64,000 nucleotides of DNA. It comes from Nephila pilipes (lineage: Eukaryota). A program made the position numbers and the translations under genes. Of the stretch, positions 25,488 to 38,817 are shown one piece after another. The number at the start of each line of letters is the position of its first letter. Within the stretch, counting starts at the first letter, position 1. The notes beneath the pieces were generated by a model. That model was not told the origin of the DNA and made no database searches. It worked only from the letters and a program-made list of their open reading frames with translations. The stretch spans positions 295,229 to 359,228 of the forward strand of contig BMAW01101096.1 of assembly GCA_019974015.1 (NCBI GenBank), given 5' to 3'.

Positions 25488-26830
25488 TACGACAAATACA
25501 TTAACTCTTTAAATTTCATGCATTTTATGGTATTTTAAAAATTATGTATTTATCGTATTTCAATAACGTATTTATCTTATTTTTTAAAATAATGTATTCA
25601 TTTTACTTTTAATTATATATTTATATCGCTTTTTAATTATGTAATTATTTTTTTAAATTGTGTATTGCTTTATTTTATTTTTTTAAAAGATATGTGTTAT
25701 TTTATTTTTAAAAGTATGTATCTATTACATATTTTTAAATTAAGTATTTATTTTATTTTTTCAAGTATTATACCTTTACTTCGGTTCTTTAAATTATTTT
25801 TTATTTTATTTTTTAAATTATGTAACTATTTAATTTTTAAATTGTGTTTTTATTTTATTTTTAAATTGTGTTTTTATTTATTTTTAAAATTATATATTTA
25901 TTTTACTTTTTAAATTATGCACTTATTTATTTTTTTAAAAAAAGGTCTTTATTTTATTTGAAATTTTTAAAATTAAGTATTTATTTTATTTTTTAAAATT
26001 ATGCATTTGATATTTTTTCAATTACATATTTATTTCCTTTTCAAAACCACATATTTATTTTTTAAAATATATATTTATTTTATTTTGTATTTTTAAATCA
26101 TATATTTATTTTATTTTTTATTTATGTATTTATTTTATTTATAAAAACTTTGTATTAAATATTTTTTGAAATTGTGTATTTATTATAACTTTTTAAATTA
26201 TGTATTTATTTTATTTTTCACACATTGTATAGTTCAATTTTTTTTCAATTATAAATTTATTTTTTTTAAATTATGTTTTTATTTTACTTTTAAATTGTAT
26301 ATTTATTTTAATTTTGAAATTAAATAAAAATTTTACTTTTAAATTTTTATTTTATTTCTATGTTTTAAATTACGTTATTACATTATTTTTTTAATTATGT
26401 ATTTATTTCATTTTGTAAAATTTTGACTTACTTCATTTTTAAGTATGTATTTTTTAATTATGCATTTATTATATTTTTAAATTATGTATTTATTTTACTC
26501 TTAAAATTATGTATTTATATTATTTTTAAATATGTATGTATTTTATTTTTAAAATAATTTTTGTTTTATTTTTTAACTATGTATTTATTTTATTTTTTAA
26601 TTACATGTCTCTTATTTTTTTAAAAAAAAATGTGAACTTATTTCATTTTTTTATTATATGCCTTAATTTTTTTTTATAAATCGTGTATTTATTTTATTTT
26701 TAAATTATGTATTATTATTTTTTTATAAATCATGTTTATTTTTAAATAATGTATTTATTATTAATATTTTTAACTTGTGTATTTATGTTTTTATTTTTAG
26801 TTATGTATTTCATTTAACTAGAATTATTTA
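24100..26830. repeat. AT-rich minisatellite/satellite array. The unit is about 26-29 bp (consensus near aattatgtatttattttatttttaaa) with a higher-order structure; for example, a ~115-bp block at 25020-25135 is repeated at 25135-25250. The array includes a (TA)n/(TATACA)n tract at 25396-25480.
   Basis: Hundreds of direct iterations of tatgtatttattttatttt variants are visible across 2.7 kb. Confidence 0.9.
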
Positions 26831-29174
26831 TTTGTATTTTAAAATGCTTTGTTTTATTAATTTGAAAATTCGGACAAATTTGTAGAGTCATAAAAATTAA
26901 TCTGAAGTTTTTAAAGAATTTTATTTCTACATTGCTTAATGCGTCTGAGAATAAAAATTAAGACAAATAATATTATCAAATTATTTAATGACATAAGTGA
27001 ATAAAATTATTTTATAAATTTTTGAAATAAAAATAGTACAAAATGAATTAAAAATAATACTTAAAATATTGCTGTCACAAAATAATTTTAATAAAAAGAA
27101 TTACTTTCACTCAGTAATAGATTCTAAAACAACGATAAATTGTCTGTGTAAATTTATTCATACATTTAAACAACTGATTCATTAAAGGAGACATTGTATA
27201 TATTATAAGAATAATTATAAATGAATGCAATTTAATAATATGCTTCAGAATGCTTAATTAAATAAATCGATACACTTTTAAAATGATAAAATGAATATAG
27301 CATAATAATTAAGTCAATATCTTTAAAAAAAATTCATTTCTCCAAAGAATCAAAATATTCTGAAAACATTTGTCAAACAGTAATTAATTTGAGAATCTAA
27401 GAAATTTTCATTTCAATTTTAAAAAAATAATCATTTAGGAATTTAAAAGATTGAAATACGTTTTTAAATAAAACATGATGAATATTACGTATTGTAGAAT
27501 ATATACAGGATCCAATAAAAAAAATTCACACAAGAACACTTAAACTTTGTAATTTTCAAAATAAACAAATAATTTTAGTTACATTTTAAGCAATACACTA
27601 CACTATGTAATAATATTGATAGCGTCACATTGTGTTTAAGTAATGCATCAAATATTAATATAACATATTTTAAAAAAATAAGTGGGAAAAATATTATTCA
27701 GAAATTGTAAGACCACATAACTCTATTTATATGAATTATATAAAATAATAAAGACAATCCATTATTTCTGCTTATGACATGAAGCACTTTAGCTTTTACA
27801 GAAGAAAACATTTTTCGTAATGTGCAATCCTTTGGCAAAGGAAACTCCCAGTTTATTTAAAGGAAAGGTAAAAGTGTTCATTATTTGTATAGATTCTACG
27901 TTTCAGAATGCATTAAAAATTCTCAACAGGACTTATATTTTCGATTGGTCAATGATAAAATATTTTTTTCAAAAAAATTATTAATGACTAGATTTAGTTC
28001 TATATGAAGAGAAATATTTCATTGGGTCTGTTTAAGAGCCCCTTAATAATGCTAAACTGATACAAAATTATCGCAACGCATTGTTCTATACGAGAGTTCA
28101 TGAGTATAAATATTCGCTATAGATCACTTATTCTGTTAAAGCTACCCATAACGTAACAAAGCAACCAACTATTTACTATCGACTCAAGCATGTTTTAGGC
28201 TCATGCATCAAATCAGGCCAATATTATTAGTAATCATCCAAACCTTCGATATAAAACGTGTTTTCGTTAGAAAAAATAATTTGGATATACTCTTTGACTT
28301 ATGTTATGCTTTTCAGCATATACAACTGATGCTGTTTGAGAAGTTCTCGTTTGCTTTTTAATTTCCTGCGTTTAGCAAAAAAACTTGATTTCTCAAGTTA
28401 TTCAAAACAGAAATACCAGGCTCTTTTGCTAATTTATTTTGATACTTTACGAGTTGAAAATTTTGTTGGCAGCCGGAAAATCTGCTGAAAATCTTCCTCC
28501 ATATCGTTTTATTTTTCACAATCCAGCAGACACAAAGGGAATTGTAACTTTATAATTCACAATATTAACGAGTTTCATTTATGTTGCAATTTTCATTCTA
28601 AATTTCCAGCATTTAAGCAAAATTTAAAAAAAAACTGCCTGATTCTCGCTTAAAATGAGTCAATGTTAAAAAAAAGATTGTGAGAACATCTTCATAATTC
28701 AAATTTCTTCAACTCCCTCTCTCTCTCTCTGCTTTGTTGTGGCTGCAAATATTTAAACTTTCTTAATCAGTCATATTATTTCTTAACAAATAATTAATTT
28801 AATTTTTAATAAGCCGGCCAATCTGAATTGATTTAATATTTATCATTAAAATTAATACATTATGGATGCCCCTACAATTTCAGTTACACTAAATTATGTT
28901 TTTATACATACATAAAATATGAAATATCCAGCACATATCATTTACAGTGTGTGTGTGATAATTAATAAATATATCATCTTCCTTTTTATTTCAATTTCTT
29001 AATGCGAAATATTTGCTTCTACTTTTAAAATATTAAATTCCTGTTCTTCGAGTAAGTAACTCGTAGAACAGAGCACGTGAAATACTACATCACGAATTCC
29101 TTTTTTCCGTCGACTAAACAAAACTTTTAGGGTATTTACCCGTTTCCATCTTTCCTATTTAAGCTGTATGTACG

Positions 29175-29462
29175 ATTTAATACGACCGCGGTAGCCTAAT
29201 TGTCACGGTCGTAGGCTCGCAACTTGCGGTTTCCGTCGAATCGTGGGTTCGAGCTTTGATGTCACTAAAGACCCGCCGTGTAGTGGGGCTGATGCACGTT
29301 AAATCTGTCATGGCTCAAAGTCCCCCATTGGCAATGTAAGGAAGTTAGAAGAGGGGTTGCCAGCTCTCAGGTGTCGCCCTCGTCACTTGACCGAGGTTCA
29401 CGATTACGAGGTCCGTCGCCAATAGCCCTCGTGTTGCATCTACTGTGGCGTTAAAAAAAAAC
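29175..29462 (+). mobile_element. tRNA-derived SINE (full-length copy). The tRNA-like head has an A-box-like GGTAGCCTAATTG and a B-box GGTTCGAGC, followed by a GC-rich body and an A9 tail.
   Basis: It forms a GC-rich island in AT-rich DNA. The Pol III box B consensus GGTTCGANNCC is matched at 29236-29246. The copy terminates in ggcgttaaaaaaaaa. Two further partial copies of its 3' half lie in the opposite orientation at 48575-48700 and 63626-63700. Confidence 0.7.
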
Positions 29463-29677
29463 CCTAACCACTATTTAACGCTCTTTTCTCTGGCTGTGTG
29501 AGCCACGCTGAAATGGAAGGTTCCTTCGTCTCGACTTTTACAGTATCAATTGGTATAAATGCTCCAGGATCCTTCAACAGATATCATGATTAACTAAAAT
29601 TAACGATTGCTTTATTTATCTAGCCAACCTCAATAATAACATCTTAACATTAAAATTAAACGATTAAGCAAACTTAC

Positions 29678-29786
29678 TTTTTTCCAAGAAGACACATTAT
29701 TTCATTTGCTGGTGATTTTAAATGTATAAGTCTAATAAGTTGTTTCAAAGTGTAGCCAGGTGCCTTTTTCACTCGATTGTATTTTG
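29678..29786 (-). CDS. RO60: Ro60-like exon (KYNRVKKAPGYTLKQLIRLIHLKSPANEIMCLLGK).
   Basis: It aligns with Ro60 [31 protein letters not shown]. Acceptor tttttgcag and donor GTAAGT. Phase 1 at the start and phase 2 at the end are compatible with the exons at 29966-30062 and 21512-21669. Confidence 0.7.
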
Positions 29787-29965
29787 CTGCAAAAATATTT
29801 TTTTTTAAATGTATTTTATAAATAAATATCGGAAATAGCTAGAAGAAGATTACAAAGAACTCATATGTATATAAGTATGTTGAACCTCTACATAATTCTA
29901 GCTCACTAATTAAGTACAAATAAGACAGTTTACTACAAATATAAGTAGATAAAATTACTACTTAC

Positions 29966-30062
29966 CTAACTGATATTCATCAAATTTAGAAAAGCTTTTT
30001 GCCATAGCCTTTTTTAATACAGAAGGAAGAGATTTATCCTTCAATCTGGAATCTTTAAAAGT
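29966..30062 (-). CDS. RO60: Ro60-like exon (TFKDSRLKDKSLPSVLKKAMAKSFSKFDEYQL).
   Basis: Acceptor ttattag and donor GTAAGTAG. It aligns with Ro60 [34 protein letters not shown]. Confidence 0.65.
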
Positions 30063-30199
30063 CTAATAAAAAGGATTTAAGTTCTAAGTTTTCTACAACA
30101 CAAATAGGAATGGAGTTTCTAAATAATTAAAAATGAGATGCAAACTTCACATTAAAATATCATAAATAGTTTTCTTTAATAACAATCAACATGAAAAAA

Positions 30200-31085
30200 A
30201 TTTAAGCAGTTCTATGCAAAATTTTACAAAAAACAGATTTAGCCACCCAAGGTGCACTTTTTTTTATTATTTTTAAATTACTCAAATATAAAAAATAAAA
30301 TAAACAATGAAATATCGAGAAAGGGACAATAGTAAACTTTTCCGATATTAAAATTAAAGGATACGATAAATTATTAAATTATGTGAATATATTTAAGCTA
30401 AATGTAATTAAATTACAGTTAACGATACATTATTAAATTGAATATTATATCAGCTACATGAAATTAAATTTAAAGCATACGATAATTTGTTAAATTGAAT
30501 ATCATATCAGCTATGTGTAATTAAAATTAAAGAAAACGATAAATTATTAAATGTAATATATTTACGCTAAATGTAATTAAAATTGAAGCAAACGTTAAAA
30601 ATTGAAAAGTGATCTGGTAAGCCAAAAGTAATCCACCTAAAACAATAGGCCCTTAGGTGGCTAAAAAAAATGGCTGCCTCACAACTGTCTCAAAATTCTG
30701 AATGTTATTCAATTACAGTCATATCTTGATTCCAGTTTACATATGATTTAAGGTAATACAAAAATCGATAGGTAAATAAAATACTTCATTATTATATTTG
30801 TTTCACTTTTATCCAATAAAAAAATTGGAGGAAATTTGTTACGAAATATTTTTGAAAATTGAGTTCATTAGTTGTGAAAGCAGGTATCAGACATATATTT
30901 TATTTTGATCCAATAAAAAAATTCAGGAGAAATTTATTATGACGTATTTTTGAAAATTCAGTTTGTTACTGGTGAAAGCAGACATAAAAAATATACGTAA
31001 AAACAAGATAAATTTTTGAAAAGAAGTCAGGTACAACATTTTTGGGTCAACTAAAACAATAGCCCTTTGGGGGGGAGGGCTAATA
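30200..31085. repeat. Composite repeat block. It holds a longer copy of the 10040-10325 family (4-5 subunits of about 50 bp, 30200-30670), a ~100-bp tandem duplication (30780-30990), and a third copy of the terminal motif aactaaaacaatagccctttgggg (31040-31085).
   Basis: Direct similarity to 10040-10325 and internal tandem structure seen in the sequence. Confidence 0.6.
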
Positions 31086-32649
31086 TAATCCTAGAACTAA
31101 TATATAATATACATAGCAAAATAATACTTAATACATTTATTAAGATAGTATGTTTTTAAAGATTTTTAATTAAATATCATTAAGAGCTGATATTAAAGAA
31201 TTTTCTACTGAAAAATAAAGATTTCTAATCATATATGCTTGTTATCATCAAAATACTGCATACAAACAAAATGGTTTTGAAACTTAAGCTTCATAATTGT
31301 GCTTCCTTTCATTGGTTTTTCAATTAAGTACAAAATAAATTCATATTATGAGAGCAATCAATAATTTACAAATAACGAACTCTTTCCTGTCAATCAAAAC
31401 ATTGCTTTAGACAATTATGATGCATACCATTATGAGTTTACTCAGCAAAAGATAACTAATTACTATTCATCTCTAATAGAATAACTGTTTTTGAGATAAA
31501 TAAGACAAAGAATTGGTTATAACTACTTGAAACTTTTACAAAAAGCAAAGCAGGGAATAAGATGTAAGATTAACATTTTAAAACGATTTAAGCATGACTG
31601 TGTCACTCAAGACTTCTAAACTGTTATTCTAAAAACATAAATAAAGGGTCGTTAGGAAATTACACAAATACGATACAAATACAATATACATAGTGAGTTG
31701 TAAATGTTTCTGTAGAATTAATTTTGTTTCTTAAAAGACAAAAGACAGATTAAATAGAAACATTGAACTTTATTCATTGTGAACATAAAAATGTGCCACT
31801 GGTATTGAATATAACTCTATAACACAAAAGAAAATGTGTATTGTTAAGAATCAGAAGCTTTAAAAATTTAGTATCAAAAGACAATGACATGAGATAACAA
31901 ATTATGTATATTACTTTTTATATTTAACTGTACTCTTCCTTCATTGAACTCCTAACATTATATATTTAGTAGATCAATGGACTCCATATTTCAAGGAATG
32001 CTAAAGCTATCTCCTTTTAACATGACAGATGTTATTTCCATTAACTGAATTTTCTGATCAACATGCTGACCAGATATGATGCCAAGACTATATGTCTAAG
32101 ATAAGGTCATTTGGTACCTTACTAACAAAATCCTCAAGAAGCAAATATTAACGATTAATGGTTTCACATATAAGCAATCTGTTAAGCAGAATATAAGAAC
32201 ACATTCAAAGTTGATGATTTCAAATAACACAGGTGAATTTGATTCAATGTCATGGAGTTTTCATGAAAATTTGCCGAAACTTCACAAAATGCAGATTTTT
32301 TTTTCAAAAAACTTTACTGTTTGCAGTCAAAAAGCAAGCATAGATGTGTATCCTTATTAGTGGTATGTACACAAATATTTTCATCAAATTATTCCTTCAT
32401 TCTTAATAATTCCTTATTTCCTAAAATCTTCAAATTATGAATACATTATACAGTACATTTTGATATGTCCTTCTCAAAAATAAATCTTCCAACTATAAAA
32501 TCTAACTGATATTGAAACGTATTAATTTAATTTATATCTGTAATAATACTGACAACATACTAATTTTGTAAATATCAAAATGTTTTACAAGCATAATTAT
32601 ACACTAATCACTTATTTTAATTTCAAAATTAATGTTATAATTCAGTTAC

Positions 32650-32811
32650 CAGGTAAAAATCAGCTACTTCTATCCAATCCGATGGCAATCTTATACATGA
32701 TTTGAAGTATTTTATTAAATACGGCCGAGTATTCTGACAGTAAGCAGCATAAGACAAAAGAAAATTAGAAGCAGATCTAATATTCAATTCCTGGCGACTG
32801 AAAAGAGCAAC
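32650..32811 (-). CDS. RO60: Ro60-like exon (VALFSRQELNIRSASNFLLSYAAYCQNTRPYLIKYFKSCIRLPSDWIEVADFYL).
   Basis: Acceptor tttttgtag and donor GTAACT; 162 nt, phase 0 at both ends. It aligns with Ro60 ...[37 protein letters not shown]. Confidence 0.6.
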
Positions 32812-33913
32812 CTACAAAAATAACGACATTGTAAGCAAACTTAACACAAAATAGCACTTAAGAATACACATATTAATTATTCAAATTATTACAATCATCA
32901 GACTATCTCACATTAGAAAATTTTTATCTGTATGTATATATCAAGGGGAGAGCGATAATTAAATTTGAAATCATTTACATTTAAAATTACGTTCACTACG
33001 CATTTTTCAATTTGAAATATGAGGATTGCAAGCACTTAGAGAAAGAATATCTTATGATTCTAAAAACAATAATTTTGAATTTTTGAAGCGATCACTTTAA
33101 TATTTGTCATATAGGAACGAGTGCCAAAAGGCTAATTAATAGTTTTGAAATAGTCGAATTAGTTTCTTGAGATTTTTTTTAAATAGTATTTTTAAACAGC
33201 CAGTTTTTGAAGGTGACATTTTTTATTCTGAGAGACAAAAAAGGCTTCTTTTACATTATTCATTACATGAGTTGAAAACAAAAATATAGTCTGCCTATAT
33301 CATGTGTCTGTGTTCTTAGAGTCTTACATAAAATAGAAAGAACAGGTTATACCTTTTTCTGTTCTAGTGTTTTAAAAAGTCCCTAATCTAACACATTCGG
33401 CTTTGCGATTGTTTGCTATCCATACATACAGTTGCATTTTCCCTCATATATTTACACCATTGTAAGTTTAAAAGTCGAGATAGCCCCCGGAAGTTAGGGA
33501 GAGATACGATCATCTCACGGTTCTTACGATATAATCACAACATCTTTTCTAGTCCCTGTCCGGTTCGCAACAGAACTTCGGCATAGAAATCACATAATAA
33601 TTTAAAGAGTAAAGAGTTCTTGATGTTCCTTTCTAATTATTTACATAGTTATTACCTAACGGAGACGAACTCATGTTAAACAGAATAACTAATGGCATAT
33701 ATCAATGATACTGGTATGGTTTAACTCAGGAGAATCTTTGATTTAACTGTAGTTGAAGAATTTGATTATTTTATTTTGGTAACGGCAGTGTAAGTTCTTA
33801 GATTTGTTGCCTAATATTTCTAGAATCAATCCCATCCCTCCATATTTTATAAAATCAATCAGGTGATTGTAAGAACTGTCGCCTCTTCTATTTCCCCCCT
33901 TTTGAACTAGGAA

Positions 33914-33916
<3 letters not shown>

Positions 33917-33964
<48 letters not shown>
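33917..33964. repeat. (TA)24 microsatellite. Similar tracts lie at 37124-37156, 51293-51326, 55364-55404 and 57408-57466.
   Basis: Perfect dinucleotide runs seen in the sequence. Confidence 0.9.
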
Positions 33965-33967
<3 letters not shown>

Positions 33968-36900
33968 ATTCCTTTGTGGTAGTGGTATTAAAAAAAGGTG
34001 CATGACAAATATTCTTTCTTCATCCACATTGGTTCAACAAATTTCTAAAACTATCTTTTAAAAGTAGGATTTAGTTTTTCAGTAGCTACAAATATTAATT
34101 GCTTTTCAATAATATTTTCAAAAACTACTTATAAATAACTTTAGAAAAAGGGCAAAATAAACCAAAGAGACTTTAATCTATGACAATTATTAAACTGTGT
34201 ATGTTTAAAGAGTTCTAATCACTTATTTGGTCATTACCTTAGAAATATCTTGCTTAAGTCTGAAAACAGTACAAGCTATATCAAAAATACAAAGAAATGT
34301 TCAATGAGTTTTTTAAGTAATTTGATTGTGATTCAATTGAGATATTTAAATTCAGCTCACCAATAAAGAGTTTAATTACACACAGGAAAAATAAAGCAGT
34401 CCTGATGTAATACGCTAAATATTCATACTAACTTAATTTTGCTGAAAAACCATTTAAGGTCAAAAAATATTTTATATTTTTTTTACTTAATACAAACCCA
34501 TTAAAATAGTTACAGCATTGAAATATTTGAGCTCCAATTTTATATATCTCAGTAAGAAAAGAATCCATTATTGTCATTGTTAAAATGATAAAACGAAACA
34601 GACATATTCTACATACCACATTTCACACTGACGATAAACATTTTGGAATTTTCAGTATGATTTTGAAATGATAATTTATTCCAGATATCTAAAAATATAG
34701 TTCAAAATATGCAAGCACAAACACTAATTCACAGAAATGTGATGGTTTGATCAGTAATAACGTTATAAACACACATTATTTTATTCCAACGTAAGGAAGA
34801 GTCTTAATTATTTTATATCCAATATTTTAAATTTTTTCTTTCACCGGGCTTTTCCTTTTAAGTTTTCAATTACTTCATATGTTTTTATTTTTAAATTTAA
34901 ACATTAGTTTTTTTAATTAATAACATTAATTTTACTTTGGTTACTTTAATGATTTCTTTAATTATGCAGTTTCTTAGATATTATTGTACTGAATTTATGA
35001 TTGATATGATTATTTTGTTTATGATGATACTTTATGAATTATAATATTGATCTTTTGTTCATGATTTAGATTATATATAAATTATTGCATCTTCTTTCAT
35101 ACTGAGAAAAATAATGGAAAAAAAAGAGAAAGACAAGTGTTCTTATAATATTAGAAGTTCATGTGGTTATCACAAGTAAATTCATTTATAATATACATTC
35201 CATGGAATTCTCTACCATGGAATCAATATTATAAATGAGTATTATATTAATAGAAGTTCATGCGATTATCACAAGTATACTCATCTGTAACATTGATTCC
35301 ATGGAATAATTAATAATTGTCAGAATGACCTGGACTCCATGAATACTAAAGGTGAAGACATTGGTGTTCAATGAGTCCGGGTCATTCTAAAAATTATTAC
35401 GTTGTGTCTTAAAAGTACAGGTAACCATAATTTTTAGATAGTTTTCGAAAGAATGGGTAAATATATTTGATTGTAAGTTACCTCCAAGGGCTATACCAAA
35501 AAAAAGTTTAAAAAACTAGATTTTAACTAAAATTACTCTTAATATTAAAAAATACAAATTAACATGTTATTAATTTATAAGTGATGATTCTTTTTTATTT
35601 AACACTTTCTTCATCAGTGAAAGATATATTAAATCATTTTCTCAAATAATTGTATGAACTTCTGTCTATGTGCACAATATGGGCACATTGATATATGTTA
35701 AAAATTATTTGTATATGATGCAAACAATATTTGTTAAAATCACTTTCATGTAAAATAATTTGTGTATGATGCAGACGATATTTGATGAAAATGAATATCA
35801 TTGCATTACTTTTAAATTAATTTTTTTGTATAATAGCAATGAAAAAATATTATTTCTTTAATTTTATTTGTTCTAAAAATTGAATAAAGAAGTGAAGCAA
35901 AGCCCTTTTTTGATATTTATTTTACAGAATAACGCCATACCATATAAACTAGTGAGGTGGAATTATTTGATTCGCCATTTCACAACAGTAGATGCTCATT
36001 ATGAATTATCGCCCTGACGAGTAGTTATTTCTAGGCATAATAAATACGGTGCGCTTGCATTATCAAAAATAATAACTCAAACAAGTTCTGCTGTAAGAAT
36101 TCACTTCGTGATTACAAAACATAATTGTAATAAAAATGCAGATAGGGAATTGATTAAGCAATGAATATAAAGAATATCACAGATAAAAAAAAAGATAGTT
36201 TTTCTAAAACCAATTTGTCACATCAGATCATAGCCAGGCAAATTTATGACACACGAAAATCTATCGAGAAAGAACTTCTAATTTTACATTTCACGTTATG
36301 TAGATATTAGGTTGCTACCAACAACGATAAGCCATTTAGAAATTTTTATAAGAGTATTGATGATAAATAAAATATCACTTAGGAAATGGCTTCTTTAGTG
36401 GCATGAAAAGACACAACTAAACCAGGAAAAGAAGCAGTAAAATATTCATCAAAATAATTTTCTTTATGTATAGTGATCTTATCTGGTATAACTATCAACA
36501 ATCTCCGGCGATGATAAGTAAAAGAGATGGACTGGTAAAATTTTTAAAAAATGATTCAATAGCCTCCAAAAATTTATGCTTCATAAAATATATTTCAGAA
36601 AACATTATTCAAACAAATTGTCATCAAGGCTGTAAATTCCATACGGACCCATGGAATTAATTATTGCCAGGATTCCTTAAATTGATGGATACTAATTATA
36701 AGGACATCATTAACGTTTTGGAAGATGATTAAGCGTTGGTAAAATGTTGATAAAAAAAATCAAGTCATTAACGGATTCAAAAAATGCGAAATGAAATCAA
36801 GGTCATTTAAGGAATCAAAAACATGACAATTGAAAATAGTTCACTGATTCGGTATTTTAAGTAGACCTAACTCAAGGAGTATTAGGATAGATGAGTTAGC

Positions 36901-37118
36901 TAAGGCCAAAGTCCATATATATTTAACTCTTGTAACATCTTATGGAAATTATTATCTAAAAACAGACTATCGCTTAAATTATCTGGCTTTATGTTTCTAG
37001 GCAACGTAAGCGCATTGAGTTCATAACAATATCAATTATTTTCTTCGAATAATTTTAATACCTCTATCATCTTTTGTTTATATTTTTTATTAAAATGTTC
37101 CTCAAGCATCTTTCAGAT

Positions 37119-37160
<42 letters not shown>

Positions 37161-37297
37161 CTATAACATTCTCGGAGGATCTCAAGAAATTTTACATACA
37201 CAAATATTTGATCGATACAACTTTAAGTCAAGTGAACACAAATACAATTATAGAGTACAAAATAATTTTTTACTTACTAATAAAATATATTACCTTT

Positions 37298-37430
37298 AAA
37301 ATGAATTCAGGATCAAATCCCATGACATCATCAGCATATTTCAGCAAAGATTTTCGGTATTCATCGCCGTCGTTTTTCAAATTGGCATTGTAAATTAAAG
37401 CCATACTAGCAATATTCAAGAACTGCATCT
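37298..37430 (-). CDS. RO60: Probable N-terminal Ro60-like exon (MQFLNIASMALIYNANLKNDGDEYRKSLLKYADDVMGFDPEFILK).
   Basis: ttttag acceptor and GTAATA donor. The segment EYRKSLLKYADDVMG aligns with Ro60 ENAEALIRLIEDGRG, but the conserved GSEGGTYY motif is not evident, so the assignment is tentative. It ends in phase 1, so at least one further exon must lie between here and 32811. Confidence 0.4.
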
Positions 37431-38817
37431 AAAATTCATTAATATTTTAACATGCAATTCCTTTTTTAAAAACATTTATTATGTTAATTTTTCATTAAAA
37501 TGAGACAATAAGGATTTAAGTATATAAATTATTCGTTTGAAGTAATAATTTCACATCAAATTGATTCAAGATAAATAAACTGCAAGTTATGTATTGATTG
37601 AAATATTTTATCACTTGATAAACTTCTCTTTTTTAATATTGAATTAAAAGAAAATTCACACACATTTGCCTTTAAAAAAATAACGAAATAAGAAAATTAT
37701 TTAAACTGCCCCTATAAAATAATATATAAGCACTTATGTATGTAGGATTTTCCAGCTAATTATCAAAGAATTAATTTTATTTTCCAATGTACTGTAAAAC
37801 CAGTTCCTCTGTTACTCGATAGATGGCACCACGAATCATCGTTATGTGATAGCTCATGCAGCGCCACCTATTCCAGAACAAAACTGAGCGACATTTCATT
37901 CTTGCTCCATTTCCTCCACTTACCGCTTCTCTTCTCCTCCACATTTCCCGCGTCGGAAGTAAGCTCCGAACGCCCATCGCCGATATGGGATAAGTTAATT
38001 AGGTCGCTATCTACCTGTCTCAGAAGAACTGTTTACTCCTAATAGAGATAACCTGTATATAAATTAACGTGTATATATTTTTTCACTCTTCATCTCTCCA
38101 AATAATAAAAGAAGTAAAACAAGTTGAGCCTCATCATTGAGTTCCTACGAAGTCATCATAGAATCCGGTAATGGAATTATTCCCCTAGATAAACCAGCCC
38201 TTTGCATAAGAGCAAACCAGCGTAGATTCGGGATGTACAATTTCATCAACCACCGTCTACATGTGTATAATAATAAATAACTATATACGTTGTAATCTCT
38301 GTCTTGTTGGTTCACAAAAATTATTTAGTGGACAATATAAATGAAGGTGGATTACAAAACCTTTACATTAGAAAGGCGTGTATGGAAATTTGTTTAGAAT
38401 TAATTCTTTTGCTCATTGTGTCAAAAAGACGGTACCCAAAAATTCTATAGAGATAAAAATCAATTTTTCTATATGAAGCAAAACTAAGTTTAAAAAATGT
38501 TACAGTAGAATCCTTCAAGCTCAAACCTCTTTTCCTTGAAAGCTCGTCTTTTCATATTTTACGAACTGTAGTACAAAAAAAAGTTAACTAAAATGTGTCC
38601 TGTCCGTAACTTGATTAAATAAATAATCTAACACATTAAAAGTTGATAGTGAAAATAAACAAGAAAAAAAAAAATATTAATCTTCAGAAATGCTTGATAC
38701 ACAAACTAATTAAAACATAAATCAACACTGATTAGATAAACAAATCATGCATTTATTAATGTAACATATTTCAATATAAAATTTATAAAAGCTTACTTTT
38801 GTAGATTTAATACGTCG

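Noticed and set aside
25665-25913. 82-aa ORF of F/I/L/K/Y only.
   Set aside because: It is a translation of the AT-rich minisatellite, a low-complexity artefact.
24100-26830. Highly regular ~27-bp direct repeats that could superficially suggest a CRISPR array.
   Set aside because: The repeats are contiguous with no unique spacers and are purely AT-rich. They show higher-order tandem structure and sit in a eukaryotic intron, so they are satellite DNA.
33743-34027. 94-aa minus-strand ORF containing a YIYIYIYI run.
   Set aside because: The run is a (TA)24 microsatellite read in frame; there is no coding signal.
37780-38000. GC-richer island with a CCGGAAGT (ETS-like) motif and a minus-strand GGTAAGT. 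It was considered as a promoter plus non-coding first exon for the Ro60-like gene.
   Set aside because: It lies between two candidate coding exons (38818-38949 and 37298-37430) that chain in phase, so a first-exon role conflicts with that model. Without transcript data it cannot be placed and was left unannotated.
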